Below, one piece after another: positions 1 to 9,933 of a stretch of DNA of 64,000 nucleotides (position 1 is the stretch's first letter; each line of letters opens with the position of its first letter). Below the pieces are notes generated by a model. It made no database searches. It was not told the DNA's origin and saw nothing but the letters and a program-made list of their open reading frames with translations. Source of the DNA: OCS116 cluster bacterium AG-390-I16 (GTDB taxonomy: Bacteria > Pseudomonadota > Alphaproteobacteria > MED-G09); NCBI GenBank assembly GCA_003279705.1, contig QCGZ01000001.1, positions 138,524-202,523 on the forward strand. Reading direction: 5' to 3'. Made by a program: the position numbers and the translations under genes.

Positions 1-492
1 AGGAAAGATATTTTAGAAAAAGATTTATATACTTACCCTCATAACCCTAATTTAGAAGCAAGTTGGATATGCCTTGATGATGTTGCTAAATTTATGATAG
101 CGGCAATAGATAGAGATGATCTTGTTGGAAGATGCATAAACATTGGTGGCCCTGAAGTTTTTGTTCCTCCTAGAGTTGCTGATTTATTATCAGGCCATTT
201 TGGAAGACCTATTAAATACGAAGAATTAGGATTAGAAGATTTCTCTAATCGTCTTTATGATATTTTCTATAAAGATACTTCTGAGGAGGACAGAGGTGGC
301 AGATCTGCCGATAGAGAAGCTTTTATTGATAGTATGAGTGATTTTTATCGTTTCAATAATGTTTCAGAACATAAGCCTTTTAAAGTTGATATGGAACCAG
401 TCTTAAAAGAGATACCAATTAAATTAACCCCTTTTAGTGAATGGATAAGTCAACAAAATTGGGATGAAGAGGTAGATACAACTGCAGGCTAG
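1..492 (+). CDS. NmrA-like NAD(P)-binding family protein, C-terminal part (5' end lies upstream of the window)
   Basis: Frame 1 is open from base 1 (RKDILEKDLYTYPHNPNLEASWICLDDVAKFM...) and runs into listed ORF 94..492. The DDVAKFMIAAI..GRCINIGGPE region resembles NmrA/isoflavone-reductase-like proteins (from memory). Confidence 0.5.
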   Translation, partial: RKDILEKDLYTYPHNPNLEASWICLDDVAKFMIAAIDRDDLVGRCINIGGPEVFVPPRVADLLSGHFGRPIKYEELGLEDFSNRLYDIFYKDTSEEDRGGRSADREAFIDSMSDFYRFNNVSEHKPFKVDMEPVLKEIPIKLTPFSEWISQQNWDEEVDTTAG

Positions 493-499
493 TATTTTT

Positions 500-997
500 A
501 TGGATCCTAATTTTCATGCTTTACAATTAATTGCTGAAATTGCTCTTGGTATTCTTGGGTTTTCAGCAATATTAATTGGTTTAAGTAGAAAAAGCGATGG
601 ATTCAGCGCACCAGATAATTTCCGTATTCAATTATTATCATATTCTTCTATTGGCGCTATGTTTTGTGCTCTGATACCATTTGCTGTTTTTGGTAATATC
701 TATAATGAAACATCATGGTTAATTGTTAATTGGATATTATGTTTATATTCTGTATTAGGGCTTTTTATCTTCCCCAAAAAGGTAATTAGTTTAAGAATAC
801 AAGGACATTCAGACTTATTTCCATTACCTCTGTTTATAATTCAAATGGGTGTGTTAGCTGTAAATTTTTTAATTTCTGGTCTAATGATTCTTGATTTTAT
901 AGAGGCTAAAGAAAATTTTTATGTTTTTTGTTTAATGCTATTTTTGATACAAGGTTCTATAGCTTTTGTTAGAACAATATTTTATAGAGCTCAATAA
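500..997 (+). CDS. hypothetical multi-pass membrane protein
   Basis: 165-aa ORF with about 5 hydrophobic helices. Tightly packed between neighbours; its stop overlaps the next ATG (TAATG). No family recognised. Confidence 0.55.
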   Translation: MDPNFHALQLIAEIALGILGFSAILIGLSRKSDGFSAPDNFRIQLLSYSSIGAMFCALIPFAVFGNIYNETSWLIVNWILCLYSVLGLFIFPKKVISLRIQGHSDLFPLPLFIIQMGVLAVNFLISGLMILDFIEAKENFYVFCLMLFLIQGSIAFVRTIFYRAQ

Positions 998-1584
998 TGG
1001 AAAAGAAATTACCTGAAATCATTAGGGCTAATGAAAAAAATAAAGAGCAAATTAAAAGTGTACTTAAACTAGGGTTTTCTAATGACGACTTATTAAGGTG
1101 GGTCTTTCCGTCAGCAGACTCATTTTTGAAGAGTTTTGATATTTGGATGGAAGAGTTTTCAAAAGAATCTTTTAAAAATAATATTGTATTTTCCGAGAAA
1201 AATTTTCATGGTAGTTCGTTGTGGCACCCGCCTGGATTTGAGTTTGACGAATCAGTCTTGCATTCAACATTTGAATTTATTCCAGAAAATAGGCTAGAAG
1301 ATGCACTACAGTTTTTTGAGGAGTTTTCTGAATATCATCCAAAAGATTCATGGTATCTAGCTTTTATAGCCGTAGATCCATCCAAACAGGGGTCTGGCAT
1401 TGGCTCATTTATTTTAAAAGAAGCTTTAAAAATGATTGATGAAAAAAATGAAAAAGCTTATTTAGAGGCGTCAAGTGAGAGAAATATGTCTCTTTATGAG
1501 CGTCATGGTTTTGAGTGCATGGGAAAGATTCAAATTAATGACTCTCCTCCAGCATTCCCAATGATTAGAGAAAGTAAAAATTAA
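997..1584 (+). CDS. GNAT family N-acetyltransferase
   Basis: Acetyl-CoA motif A-like QGSGIGSFILKEAL followed by YLEASSERNMSLYERHGF, typical of GNAT C-terminal halves. Confidence 0.7.
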   Translation: MEKKLPEIIRANEKNKEQIKSVLKLGFSNDDLLRWVFPSADSFLKSFDIWMEEFSKESFKNNIVFSEKNFHGSSLWHPPGFEFDESVLHSTFEFIPENRLEDALQFFEEFSEYHPKDSWYLAFIAVDPSKQGSGIGSFILKEALKMIDEKNEKAYLEASSERNMSLYERHGFECMGKIQINDSPPAFPMIRESKN

Positions 1585-1608
1585 AGGAATTAAATTAAAG
1601 GAATTATA

Positions 1609-2385
1609 ATGAATGAAAAATATTTAAGCCCGACAGATTATTTATTAACAAATGTGAATGGGCAGGTATTAACAATTACACTAAATAGACCAGATGCATT
1701 AAACTCTATAAGGCCTGAAATGCTTGACGGTATTAGGCAATTAATTATGAATACAGAAAATGACGATAATATATCTGTTATTGTTATTGAGGGAGCGGGA
1801 AGAGCTTTTTCCGCTGGAGTTGATTTGAAAGTATTGCAAGGAATAGATCCCAAAGCTGGAAAAATTGGTGATGTTTTCGATAAACCAGCAGAACTAGCTT
1901 GGAATACAATAAGAAAAAGTAGGTGTCCTGTTATTGCAAAAGTTCATGGTGCTTGTTTTACAGGGGCATTAGAAATGGCTCTCCATTGTGACTTTATTTT
2001 TACAACAATTGATACAAAATTCGGTGATACTCATGCCAAATTTGGTTTAAGGCCTACTTGGGGTATGTCACAAACTTTATCTCAAGCTGTAGGAGTTCGA
2101 TTAGCAAAAGAAATATCTTATTCTACTCGTATAATTTTAGGAGATGAGGCTGTAAAAATTGGTTTAGCAAACAAAGCTGAAGAAAATAAAGACGATCTAG
2201 ATAATCTTGTAAAAACGATATCTTCAAAAATTTCATCTAATTCGCAAGAATCTGTAAAAGCCTTTAAAGATTTGTATAATTTATCACAAGCCGGGCTTGG
2301 AATGGATGATGCTTTAAAAGCAGAGTTTGAAAAAGAGTATCCAGGCATTAAAGATACAAATGATCGTTTATCTGAATTTAAATAA
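1609..2385 (+). CDS. enoyl-CoA hydratase/isomerase (crotonase) family protein
   Basis: LNRPDALNSI and GAGRAFSAGVDL oxyanion-hole motifs; GACFTGALEMALHCDF; typical length of 258 aa. Confidence 0.85.
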   Translation: MNEKYLSPTDYLLTNVNGQVLTITLNRPDALNSIRPEMLDGIRQLIMNTENDDNISVIVIEGAGRAFSAGVDLKVLQGIDPKAGKIGDVFDKPAELAWNTIRKSRCPVIAKVHGACFTGALEMALHCDFIFTTIDTKFGDTHAKFGLRPTWGMSQTLSQAVGVRLAKEISYSTRIILGDEAVKIGLANKAEENKDDLDNLVKTISSKISSNSQESVKAFKDLYNLSQAGLGMDDALKAEFEKEYPGIKDTNDRLSEFK

Positions 2386-2400
2386 TTAAAGGTTAATAAT

Positions 2401-3867
2401 TTGGAATTAAATTTTGATAATAGTTTTGCAAAAGAATTAAAAGATTTTTATGAATTTACTAAAGCAGATAGATCAACTTCACCAAAACTTATAAAATTTA
2501 ATGAATCTCTTGCCAAGGAGCTTGGTCCTGAGTGGGAAAAACTTAAATCAGATTATGGTTTATTAATTTTTTCAGGAAATGACTCACCAAAAGGTTCTCA
2601 ACCGTTGTCTCAAGCATACTCAGGGCATCAGTTTGGAGGTTTTTCTCCATTGCTTGGTGATGGCAGAGCTCTTTTACTAGGTGAGGTAATTGATAAAGAT
2701 AATATTCGTAGGGATATTCAGCTAAAGGGCTCAGGTAGAACAATTTTTTCACGAGGAGGTGATGGAAAGTCGTCGCTTGGACCTGTTTTAAGAGAATATC
2801 TTATAAGTGAAGCAATGCATTCTCTTAATATACCGACTACGAGAGCTTTGGCAGCTGTTTCTTCAGGTGATGATGTTATTCGAGAGAAAGTATTACCTGG
2901 GGGAATATTAACAAGGGTAGCCTCAAGTCACATAAGAGTAGGAACATTTCAATATGCTAGTACTACAGGGGATATAGAAAAAATAAGAGTTCTTTCGGAT
3001 TACTCAATTAATCGTCATTATAAGAATATTCTTCAAAAAAAAGAAAAATATATTGAATTCTTTGAAGCTGTTTGTGAATCTCAACTTAACTTAATTGCAA
3101 AATGGATGGGTATTGGTTTTATTCATGGGGTAATGAATACAGACAATATGACAATATCAGGTGAAACAATAGATTATGGTCCATGCGCCTTTATGGATAG
3201 ATATGACCCAAATATATTTTTTAGTTCCATAGATACTCAAGGGCGATATGCTTATTCAAATCAACCTTTAATTTTGTCATGGAATTTAGCAAGGTTTGCT
3301 GAAACGCTTATCCCATTAATTGATAAAAATGAACAAAATTCAATTGATATTCTAACCCAAAAAATCTCTTCGATACGGGATAAATATGAGAAAGCTTGGT
3401 TAAAAGTAATGTCTGAAAAGATCGGTATTACAAAAATTCAAGATGGTGATTTAGATTTAATAAACGAACTTTTAGATATCATGAAAAATGAAAGAGCTGA
3501 TTTTACTCTTGTTTTTAGGTACTTAGCTGACTTCATAATTGGAAAAGAAAATTTATTAATAAATTTATTTGATAATTCTAAAAAAATTAATAAGTGGATT
3601 ATTAATTGGAAAAATAGAATAGAAAAAGAAGGTAAATTTGATAAATCATTATGCACAAAGATGAAGAAAATAAATCCACTTTATATTCCAAGAAACCATC
3701 TTGTTGAATACGCCCTTGATGAAGCCTTATCAAAAGAAAATTATAAACCGTTTTATAATCTTTTAAGTTTTGTTACAAATCCTTATGATGAAGTCTTTAA
3801 TAGTGAAGAATATACTTTACCAGCACCTATTACAGATAAACCCTACAAAACATTTTGTGGAACTTAA
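2401..3867 (+). CDS. selO: protein adenylyltransferase SelO (YdiU/UPF0061 pseudokinase-fold AMPylase)
   Basis: Hallmark AYSGHQFGGFSPLLGDGRALLLGE, QLKGSGRT..SRGGDG and HGVMNTDNM blocks. C-terminal conserved Cys (..KTFCGT). TTG start preceded by AAGG. Confidence 0.85.
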   Translation: MELNFDNSFAKELKDFYEFTKADRSTSPKLIKFNESLAKELGPEWEKLKSDYGLLIFSGNDSPKGSQPLSQAYSGHQFGGFSPLLGDGRALLLGEVIDKDNIRRDIQLKGSGRTIFSRGGDGKSSLGPVLREYLISEAMHSLNIPTTRALAAVSSGDDVIREKVLPGGILTRVASSHIRVGTFQYASTTGDIEKIRVLSDYSINRHYKNILQKKEKYIEFFEAVCESQLNLIAKWMGIGFIHGVMNTDNMTISGETIDYGPCAFMDRYDPNIFFSSIDTQGRYAYSNQPLILSWNLARFAETLIPLIDKNEQNSIDILTQKISSIRDKYEKAWLKVMSEKIGITKIQDGDLDLINELLDIMKNERADFTLVFRYLADFIIGKENLLINLFDNSKKINKWIINWKNRIEKEGKFDKSLCTKMKKINPLYIPRNHLVEYALDEALSKENYKPFYNLLSFVTNPYDEVFNSEEYTLPAPITDKPYKTFCGT

Positions 3868-3936
3868 TATTTTTCTCTATCGGTAATAATCTTGTATAAA
3901 ACCTAAATTGTAGTAATTTGTTAACGGGAGTTTTCA

Positions 3937-5163
3937 ATGGATGCAAAAAAAATACAAGAAATAAAAGATCAGATGGAATACGAGAGAACAAGAAACTCTC
4001 CACCAAAAGATTTTCCAAAATTACCTGAAGTACCAGGTAAGAGATATACTGATCAAAATTTATTTGATTTAGAAATGGAAAAAATATTTTTTAAATCATG
4101 GTTGATGGTTTTTAGAGAGGATGAAATCCCAAATCCTGGTGATTATAAGATTTGGGATAAACTCGGTAGAGATATTTTGGTCGTCAGACAAAAAGATAAT
4201 TCTATTAAAGCATTTTATAATACCTGTATGCATAGAGGTGCGCCTGTTGTTAGAGATAAAAAAGGAAGCACAAATTTACTTCGATGCCAATATCATAGTT
4301 GGACATATAACTTGAGTGGTGATTTAATTAAAGTTCCTGATATGAGAGATTTTAAAGACTTTGATATTTCATGTAAGAAATTAAAAAAAGTTTTTTGCGA
4401 TACCTGGGATGGATGGGTTTATATTTCTTTATCCGAGACTGATCCTGGTAGTTTAATGGATTTTCTAAACCCTGTTGCTCAGGAGTTAGAATGTTTTAAA
4501 AGTTCTGAATTAATTACGGTTTATAAAAAAACTGTTACTGTTAAGGCTAATTGGAAAACCTGTCTTGATGCTTTTATGGAGGTTTACCATGCTCCTACAA
4601 TCCACAAAGATACTGTTAATATTCTCCTTGATGGCAATGCTATGGCAGCTGGTTTATTAAAAAATGGTCATTCAAGAATGGTTACTCCAAAAAAAATGAA
4701 TTTAGATGGCGGCTTTCTTGGAGCAGAAGAATCTGATTATGTTCCTTATATAGATACATGTGATAAAATACATGCTCAAACTAATGTTGCTTATGCTATG
4801 TTTCCAAATTTTATTACACCAACAGATACCTCAGGGTATCCAGCAATTTTATTTTGGCCAAAAGGATTAAAAGAAACAGAATTTGAATGGACACAGCTTG
4901 CTCCAAATTGGTCAGGTGATGAGAAGCCTGATTACTGGAATGAACAAGAGGTTTCTTTTGACTCCATAATGGATGAAGATTTTCAAAATCTAGAACCAAT
5001 GCAGAGATCGCATGATTCAGGGGTCTTTGAATCTATGCCATTAAATTATCAAGAAAGAAGAATTTATTATTATCATCAAGTTATAGATGACTGGATTGGA
5101 AGAGATAATTTGCCTGAGAGTATTCAAGTCCCAAATGTCTTAGACTCTTTTATTGAGGCTTAG
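3937..5163 (+). CDS. Rieske [2Fe-2S] non-haem-iron oxygenase, alpha (catalytic) subunit type
   Basis: Rieske motif CMHRG..(17 aa)..CQYHSWTY. The C-terminal catalytic domain carries EVYHAPTIH (a His pair for mononuclear Fe). Confidence 0.85.
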   Translation: MDAKKIQEIKDQMEYERTRNSPPKDFPKLPEVPGKRYTDQNLFDLEMEKIFFKSWLMVFREDEIPNPGDYKIWDKLGRDILVVRQKDNSIKAFYNTCMHRGAPVVRDKKGSTNLLRCQYHSWTYNLSGDLIKVPDMRDFKDFDISCKKLKKVFCDTWDGWVYISLSETDPGSLMDFLNPVAQELECFKSSELITVYKKTVTVKANWKTCLDAFMEVYHAPTIHKDTVNILLDGNAMAAGLLKNGHSRMVTPKKMNLDGGFLGAEESDYVPYIDTCDKIHAQTNVAYAMFPNFITPTDTSGYPAILFWPKGLKETEFEWTQLAPNWSGDEKPDYWNEQEVSFDSIMDEDFQNLEPMQRSHDSGVFESMPLNYQERRIYYYHQVIDDWIGRDNLPESIQVPNVLDSFIEA

Positions 5164-5176
5164 CTAAAATTAAAAT

Positions 5177-6115
5177 ATGAATCCATCTCAATCAAAAAAA
5201 GATGAGTATAAAAAGATTTATACTAAAGCTAAACCAAATTTACTTAAATTAGCTAAAGAACTATATATTGATGACATTTCTGATAATTTTTTTTTAGAAG
5301 TCGTTATTCCATTATCTGATTATTTCAATTCATTTATAGAAAAAAATATACCATATCTAATAGGATTAACTGGCGGACAAGGCTCCGGAAAAACAACACT
5401 TTCAATTTTTATACAACAAATTTTGAAAGAAATTTTTAATAAAAGTGCTATTGGTTTTTCTATTGATGATATTTACAAAACAAAAAAAGAAAGAGATAAA
5501 GTTGCTAGAAATATTCATCCGTTGTGCAGTGTAAGAGGCGTTCCTGGAACACATGATATTGAATTAGGTACTAATACTATTGATAATCTATTTGAGGCTC
5601 AGCCAAGTACTTACACTTATATTCCTTCATTTTCTAAAATACTGGATAAGCATTTTCCAAAAGAGGATTGGAAGAAATATAAAGGTAGACCTGATTTCAT
5701 TTTTTTTGATGCATGGTGTGGTGGTGCCAAGCCTATACCTGAAAATAAATGGAAACCACCTCTAAATAAATTAGAAAAAGAAAAAGATCCTGATCAAATT
5801 TGGGCAAGGTGGAGCAACAATCAATTGGCTGGTGATTATCAGAAATTATTTAATAGATTTGATAAACTTATTTTTATTCAAGTAGAGAAAATGGAAAATG
5901 TTTATGAAAATAGGTGGCTTCAGGAAAAAACTATGTCTAAAGGAATAAAAGATAAGAAATTATTAAAAAATATTATGAATAAAAATCAGATAAAAAATTT
6001 TGTTATGCATTATGAAAGACTTACTAGGCATATTTTAGAAGAGATGCCAGATCAAGCAGATATAGTCATAAACAGACAGGATAAGTTTAAGTTTTTTATT
6101 AAAAAAAATAAATAA
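5177..6115 (+). CDS. P-loop kinase, D-glycerate 3-kinase (GLYK)/YFH7-like
   Basis: Walker A GLTGGQGSGKTT, then SIDDIYKTKKER and RGVPGTHD blocks. I recall these from plant/cyanobacterial-type glycerate 3-kinases. Family call made from memory only. Confidence 0.5.
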   Translation: MNPSQSKKDEYKKIYTKAKPNLLKLAKELYIDDISDNFFLEVVIPLSDYFNSFIEKNIPYLIGLTGGQGSGKTTLSIFIQQILKEIFNKSAIGFSIDDIYKTKKERDKVARNIHPLCSVRGVPGTHDIELGTNTIDNLFEAQPSTYTYIPSFSKILDKHFPKEDWKKYKGRPDFIFFDAWCGGAKPIPENKWKPPLNKLEKEKDPDQIWARWSNNQLAGDYQKLFNRFDKLIFIQVEKMENVYENRWLQEKTMSKGIKDKKLLKNIMNKNQIKNFVMHYERLTRHILEEMPDQADIVINRQDKFKFFIKKNK

Positions 6116-6191
6116 TTTTTCAATTAATATATTTTTATTTTAAGTATTTCAAAGTAAGGTTAATTTGAATTTTATTTAGAGGGAGAAAAAA

Positions 6192-6887
6192 ATGTCTACT
6201 GTTATGATTGTTGGGGCAACTCGAGGAATTGGTTTAGAATTAACGAAGCAATATGCTGAGGAAGGTAATACAGTTATAGCTTGTGCTAGAGATCTAAGCG
6301 CAGCATCTCAACTTGATGAATTATCAGCTGGTTCGGAAAAGATTAGGGTTGAAGAATTAGATATTGCTGAATCATCGTCAATAGATTCTGCAGCAAGTCG
6401 TATTGGTAAAGAATCCATTGACAGTATAATAATTGTTGCTGGTTATGTTGGTGGAATGCCTGAAAATCAAACAATTGATAACATTGACCTTGATGAATGG
6501 CACAGAACATTGAATATCAATACAATTGGGCCACTTTTAGTAGCAAGAGCTTTCAAAGAGAATTTATCTTCATCTGGTAATGGAAACTTTATGATATTAT
6601 CAAGTCAATTGGCGGCTTCTACATGGCCAATGGGTGGGATGTATGTTTATTCTTCAACCAAAGCAGCTGTAAGCAAGGTTGGTCAAATTTTAGCACTTGA
6701 TTGGGCTGAAGATCCCATAATTGTATCTATCATGCATCCAGGTTGGGTTCAGACTGATATGGGTGGACCTGCTGCTGATATAACAGCTGAGGAAAGCGCA
6801 TCTGGAATCCGAAATGTTTTATCTGGATTAAAAAAAGAAGACTCAGGGAATTTCTATAAATGGAATGGTGAAATTCACCCTTGGTAA
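6192..6887 (+). CDS. short-chain dehydrogenase/reductase (SDR)
   Basis: VGATRGIGLEL dinucleotide motif and YSSTKAA catalytic YxxxK; strong RBS GAGGGAG upstream. Confidence 0.8.
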   Translation: MSTVMIVGATRGIGLELTKQYAEEGNTVIACARDLSAASQLDELSAGSEKIRVEELDIAESSSIDSAASRIGKESIDSIIIVAGYVGGMPENQTIDNIDLDEWHRTLNINTIGPLLVARAFKENLSSSGNGNFMILSSQLAASTWPMGGMYVYSSTKAAVSKVGQILALDWAEDPIIVSIMHPGWVQTDMGGPAADITAEESASGIRNVLSGLKKEDSGNFYKWNGEIHPW

Positions 6888-6892
6888 AAGAA

Positions 6893-7657
6893 ATGAAACC
6901 AGTTTGTTTAGTTTTAGGTGCTGGTGCAGGTATAGGCGGTAATGTAGCGAAAAAGTTTGCTAATGAAGGTTTTCATGTCTGTATTTGCCGCCGATCAGAT
7001 CAAGATGGTCTAAATAGCCTTTTAAGAAAGATAGAAGATAATGGCGGTTCTGCTTCTGGTTTTTTAATTGATGTTATTAAAGATAATGTAATTGAGGATC
7101 TCATAGAGAATATAGAAGCTAATATTGGCTCAATAGATGTTGTTGTTTATAATTTAGGCGCCCAAACTGGAATGAAGCTTCTTCATGAAACTACCTTAAG
7201 AGAATTTGAATGGGGATGGAAGGTTGCAAACCTTGGTTTATTTAGATTAGCAAAGTCGATTTGTCCAATTATGGAAAAAAGGAAAAAAGGAACAATCCTA
7301 GTTACATCAGCAACTGCGGCAATGAGGGGTAATAAGAATCAACACTCTCATACCTCAGCAATGGGTGGGAGAAGAATGTTATGCCAGTCCTTAAGTGCTG
7401 AATTTGCTGAAAAAGGAATTCATATTGCTCATATTGTAATTGATGGAATGGTTGATGCACCTGATACTCTTGGGAAAATTCTTGGTCCAAAGTTATATAA
7501 GAAATTAAGAGAATCAAAAGGAATGGAAAAGGATGGTCTAGTTCTTCCAGAGAATGTTGCTAATACATATTTTCACCTTTATCAGCAACACAGATCAACA
7601 TGGACTCATGAGATTGATATTAGAGCTTTTTCTGATACCGCTTGGTGGAATCATTAA
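6893..7657 (+). CDS. short-chain dehydrogenase/reductase (SDR)
   Basis: VLGAGAGIGGNVA Rossmann motif. ATG at 6893 sits just after the upstream stop; the track's TTG at 6881 is an alternative start. Confidence 0.75.
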   Translation: MKPVCLVLGAGAGIGGNVAKKFANEGFHVCICRRSDQDGLNSLLRKIEDNGGSASGFLIDVIKDNVIEDLIENIEANIGSIDVVVYNLGAQTGMKLLHETTLREFEWGWKVANLGLFRLAKSICPIMEKRKKGTILVTSATAAMRGNKNQHSHTSAMGGRRMLCQSLSAEFAEKGIHIAHIVIDGMVDAPDTLGKILGPKLYKKLRESKGMEKDGLVLPENVANTYFHLYQQHRSTWTHEIDIRAFSDTAWWNH

Positions 7658-7699
7658 TTAATAATATTAAATTTAATTAAATTTTTTGTTGGGGAAAAA

Positions 7700-8305
7700 T
7701 TGTCAAAAAAAATTAAAAGAATTTGCGAGAGTCAAATTCCTTATAGGCTTAGAGGAAGTCGTTCTAAAATATTAAGAAAGATTGGAAGATTTGGTATTAA
7801 TATTTCTGGTTGGACAATTAAAGGAAAGGTTCCTGATGAAGAGAGAATTGTAATTATTGCGGCTCCTCATACTTCAAATTGGGATTTTATCTTAGCAATG
7901 CTGGCAATTTTTGGGTTGAATATTAAACTTAGATGGCTTGGAAAAAATTCAATCTTTAAACCTGGTTTTAAATTTTTTTTTGAATGGTTGGGGGGCATTC
8001 CTGTTTATAGGGATAATCCATCTACATTAATTGAAAATGTTGTTGATATAGTAAAAAAAGAAAAAAGTATTGTTATAGCTATGACGCCAGAGGGTACTAG
8101 AAAAAAAGTTAAAAGATGGAAGACTGGTTTTCTTAGAATTGCAAAACAAACACAGTCAAAAATATTATTAATATCTATTGATGCACCTACCAAAAGCATT
8201 GAAATAGGTAAAATTTTTAATCCTACAGGGAATAGTGAAGAGGACTTAGTATTTATACAAAAATATTACAGTTCTTTTAGAGGTATTAATCCTCAAAAAT
8301 CATAA
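7700..8305 (+). CDS. lysophospholipid/1-acylglycerol-3-phosphate acyltransferase family protein (PlsC-like)
   Basis: HxxxxD acyltransferase motif (APHTSNWDF) and TPEGTR block; TTG start after GGGGAAAAA. Confidence 0.65.
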   Translation: MSKKIKRICESQIPYRLRGSRSKILRKIGRFGINISGWTIKGKVPDEERIVIIAAPHTSNWDFILAMLAIFGLNIKLRWLGKNSIFKPGFKFFFEWLGGIPVYRDNPSTLIENVVDIVKKEKSIVIAMTPEGTRKKVKRWKTGFLRIAKQTQSKILLISIDAPTKSIEIGKIFNPTGNSEEDLVFIQKYYSSFRGINPQKS

Positions 8306-8313
8306 ATTATTAC

Positions 8314-9735
8314 TTATTGAGGTTTAAAAGGACCTTTTGCAATATATTTGTCAATAGTTTTATGCCAATGTCTCAACCTACTTTCTTGATAATTAGCATA
8401 AGTTAATTTTCCACGTTTGCTTGTTCTTATTCCTCTTTCAACTTCAGGAATATTACTCATATCTTGATCAAATATATAGCCGATACCAGTTAGTTCTTCA
8501 GCATCATCCCAGTTTTCGTCTTCAGAGAGATAATGGATTGGAATAGGTTCATATGGTTCTTGTTTTTCCGGGTCTACATGATTTCTCTGTAAGAATATTG
8601 CCTCCATTATTGCGGAGTCTTCTCTAGTACCATTGGGTCTGAACCGATAAATAAGATTTCTTGGAAATCCTCCCCAAGGTGAGAAATTTGGGAAAACATT
8701 ATAGACAATTGCATCAAGCATTTCAGCGTCAGATTTATCAGAATAATCATGACCATCTGATTCAGCAAAGGCATCTCTCATAGCTTGTGCAGCAACTTTT
8801 CTTGCTTCCTCTCCCTCGGGAACAATGATTTTGTCGTCAGCCGCCATCCGACCTGAACCATAAAAAATAGTATCTAAAATTTCTTGTTCATCAACATTTT
8901 TAAGATTTGGGCTAGGCTTACCTGTAAGAGCAATATTTCTATTCATATGATCACCATAAATATCATATCTAGCATTTTCATCAGCTTGGAATGGTAATAT
9001 TTCAGGATGAATTAATGTAGCATGAAAGGACTCCATGAAAGCTTCTTGAACAGTTTTCCAATTACCGGGAACAACTTTTGAGACGTGAATAACTTTTTTA
9101 CAGTTTCCAAGATCCCATCTTTTGTGATGCTCAGGAATAGGAGCTAGGTATTCTTCAAGAGAAACTGCATTATCATCCATATTTATAAATACAAAACCCT
9201 GCCATATTTCCAGTCTTACTTCAGGTAAACTAAAGTCTCTATCTTCTATATGAGGGAAATCCCATGGTGCCGGAGTAAATTTATGAGAACCATCCAAATG
9301 CCAACAAAAGCCATGAAAAGGACATTCTAATTGATCACCAAAACCTCTTTCTGACTTTAATCTTCTACCTCTATGTAAGCAACTATTATAAAATGCTTTA
9401 ATTGTATCTTTATCTGACCTTACAATTAAAAAAGACCAATCTAAAATATCATAAACAAGACTATCACCTACCTCGGGTATATCTTCAACTCTACATGCAA
9501 ATTGCCATACTCTGGTCCACATACAATCCTTTTCTTTTTCGAAGAATTCTCTAGAAATATATCTTGAAGTATCAATATCTTCAGATCCAAGATATTCAAA
9601 GTTTTCTTCAACCATAAAGTCAGGAACTTTTTTACTATCTTGTGATAGGTATTCTGTATAGCTAGTATCAGGTGATCTACCTTCACCATTTTTTATTATT
9701 TCTAAATTTTGTTTATTTTGTTTAATTTCACTCAT
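8314..9735 (-). CDS. Rieske [2Fe-2S] non-haem-iron oxygenase, alpha subunit type
   Basis: Rieske motif CLHRG..(18 aa)..CPFHGFCW, followed by a catalytic domain with ESFHATLIHPE. Confidence 0.85.
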   Translation of the reverse strand: MSEIKQNKQNLEIIKNGEGRSPDTSYTEYLSQDSKKVPDFMVEENFEYLGSEDIDTSRYISREFFEKEKDCMWTRVWQFACRVEDIPEVGDSLVYDILDWSFLIVRSDKDTIKAFYNSCLHRGRRLKSERGFGDQLECPFHGFCWHLDGSHKFTPAPWDFPHIEDRDFSLPEVRLEIWQGFVFINMDDNAVSLEEYLAPIPEHHKRWDLGNCKKVIHVSKVVPGNWKTVQEAFMESFHATLIHPEILPFQADENARYDIYGDHMNRNIALTGKPSPNLKNVDEQEILDTIFYGSGRMAADDKIIVPEGEEARKVAAQAMRDAFAESDGHDYSDKSDAEMLDAIVYNVFPNFSPWGGFPRNLIYRFRPNGTREDSAIMEAIFLQRNHVDPEKQEPYEPIPIHYLSEDENWDDAEELTGIGYIFDQDMSNIPEVERGIRTSKRGKLTYANYQESRLRHWHKTIDKYIAKGPFKPQ

Positions 9736-9933
9736 ATTTCAATTATCATCACTTTCGCTATTTTGTATATAAATTTCTTTATATTAAATTAAGTTTTATT
9801 CAAGACAAATTATATAGCTTTTATCGAAATTTGTATTTTTGAAGTCCATCAATATTGATAATTTACAAATATTTTTACTTCAAGTCATTAGTTTAGTATG
9901 ATTTTTTTATTATTAGAGAAATGAGGGAATTAA

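Noticed and set aside
9848-9859. 12-bp perfect palindrome ATCAATATTGAT in the divergent Rieske/SnoaL promoter region, considered as an operator
   Set aside because: Short A/T palindromes are expected by chance in DNA this AT-rich, and no regulator gene is nearby.
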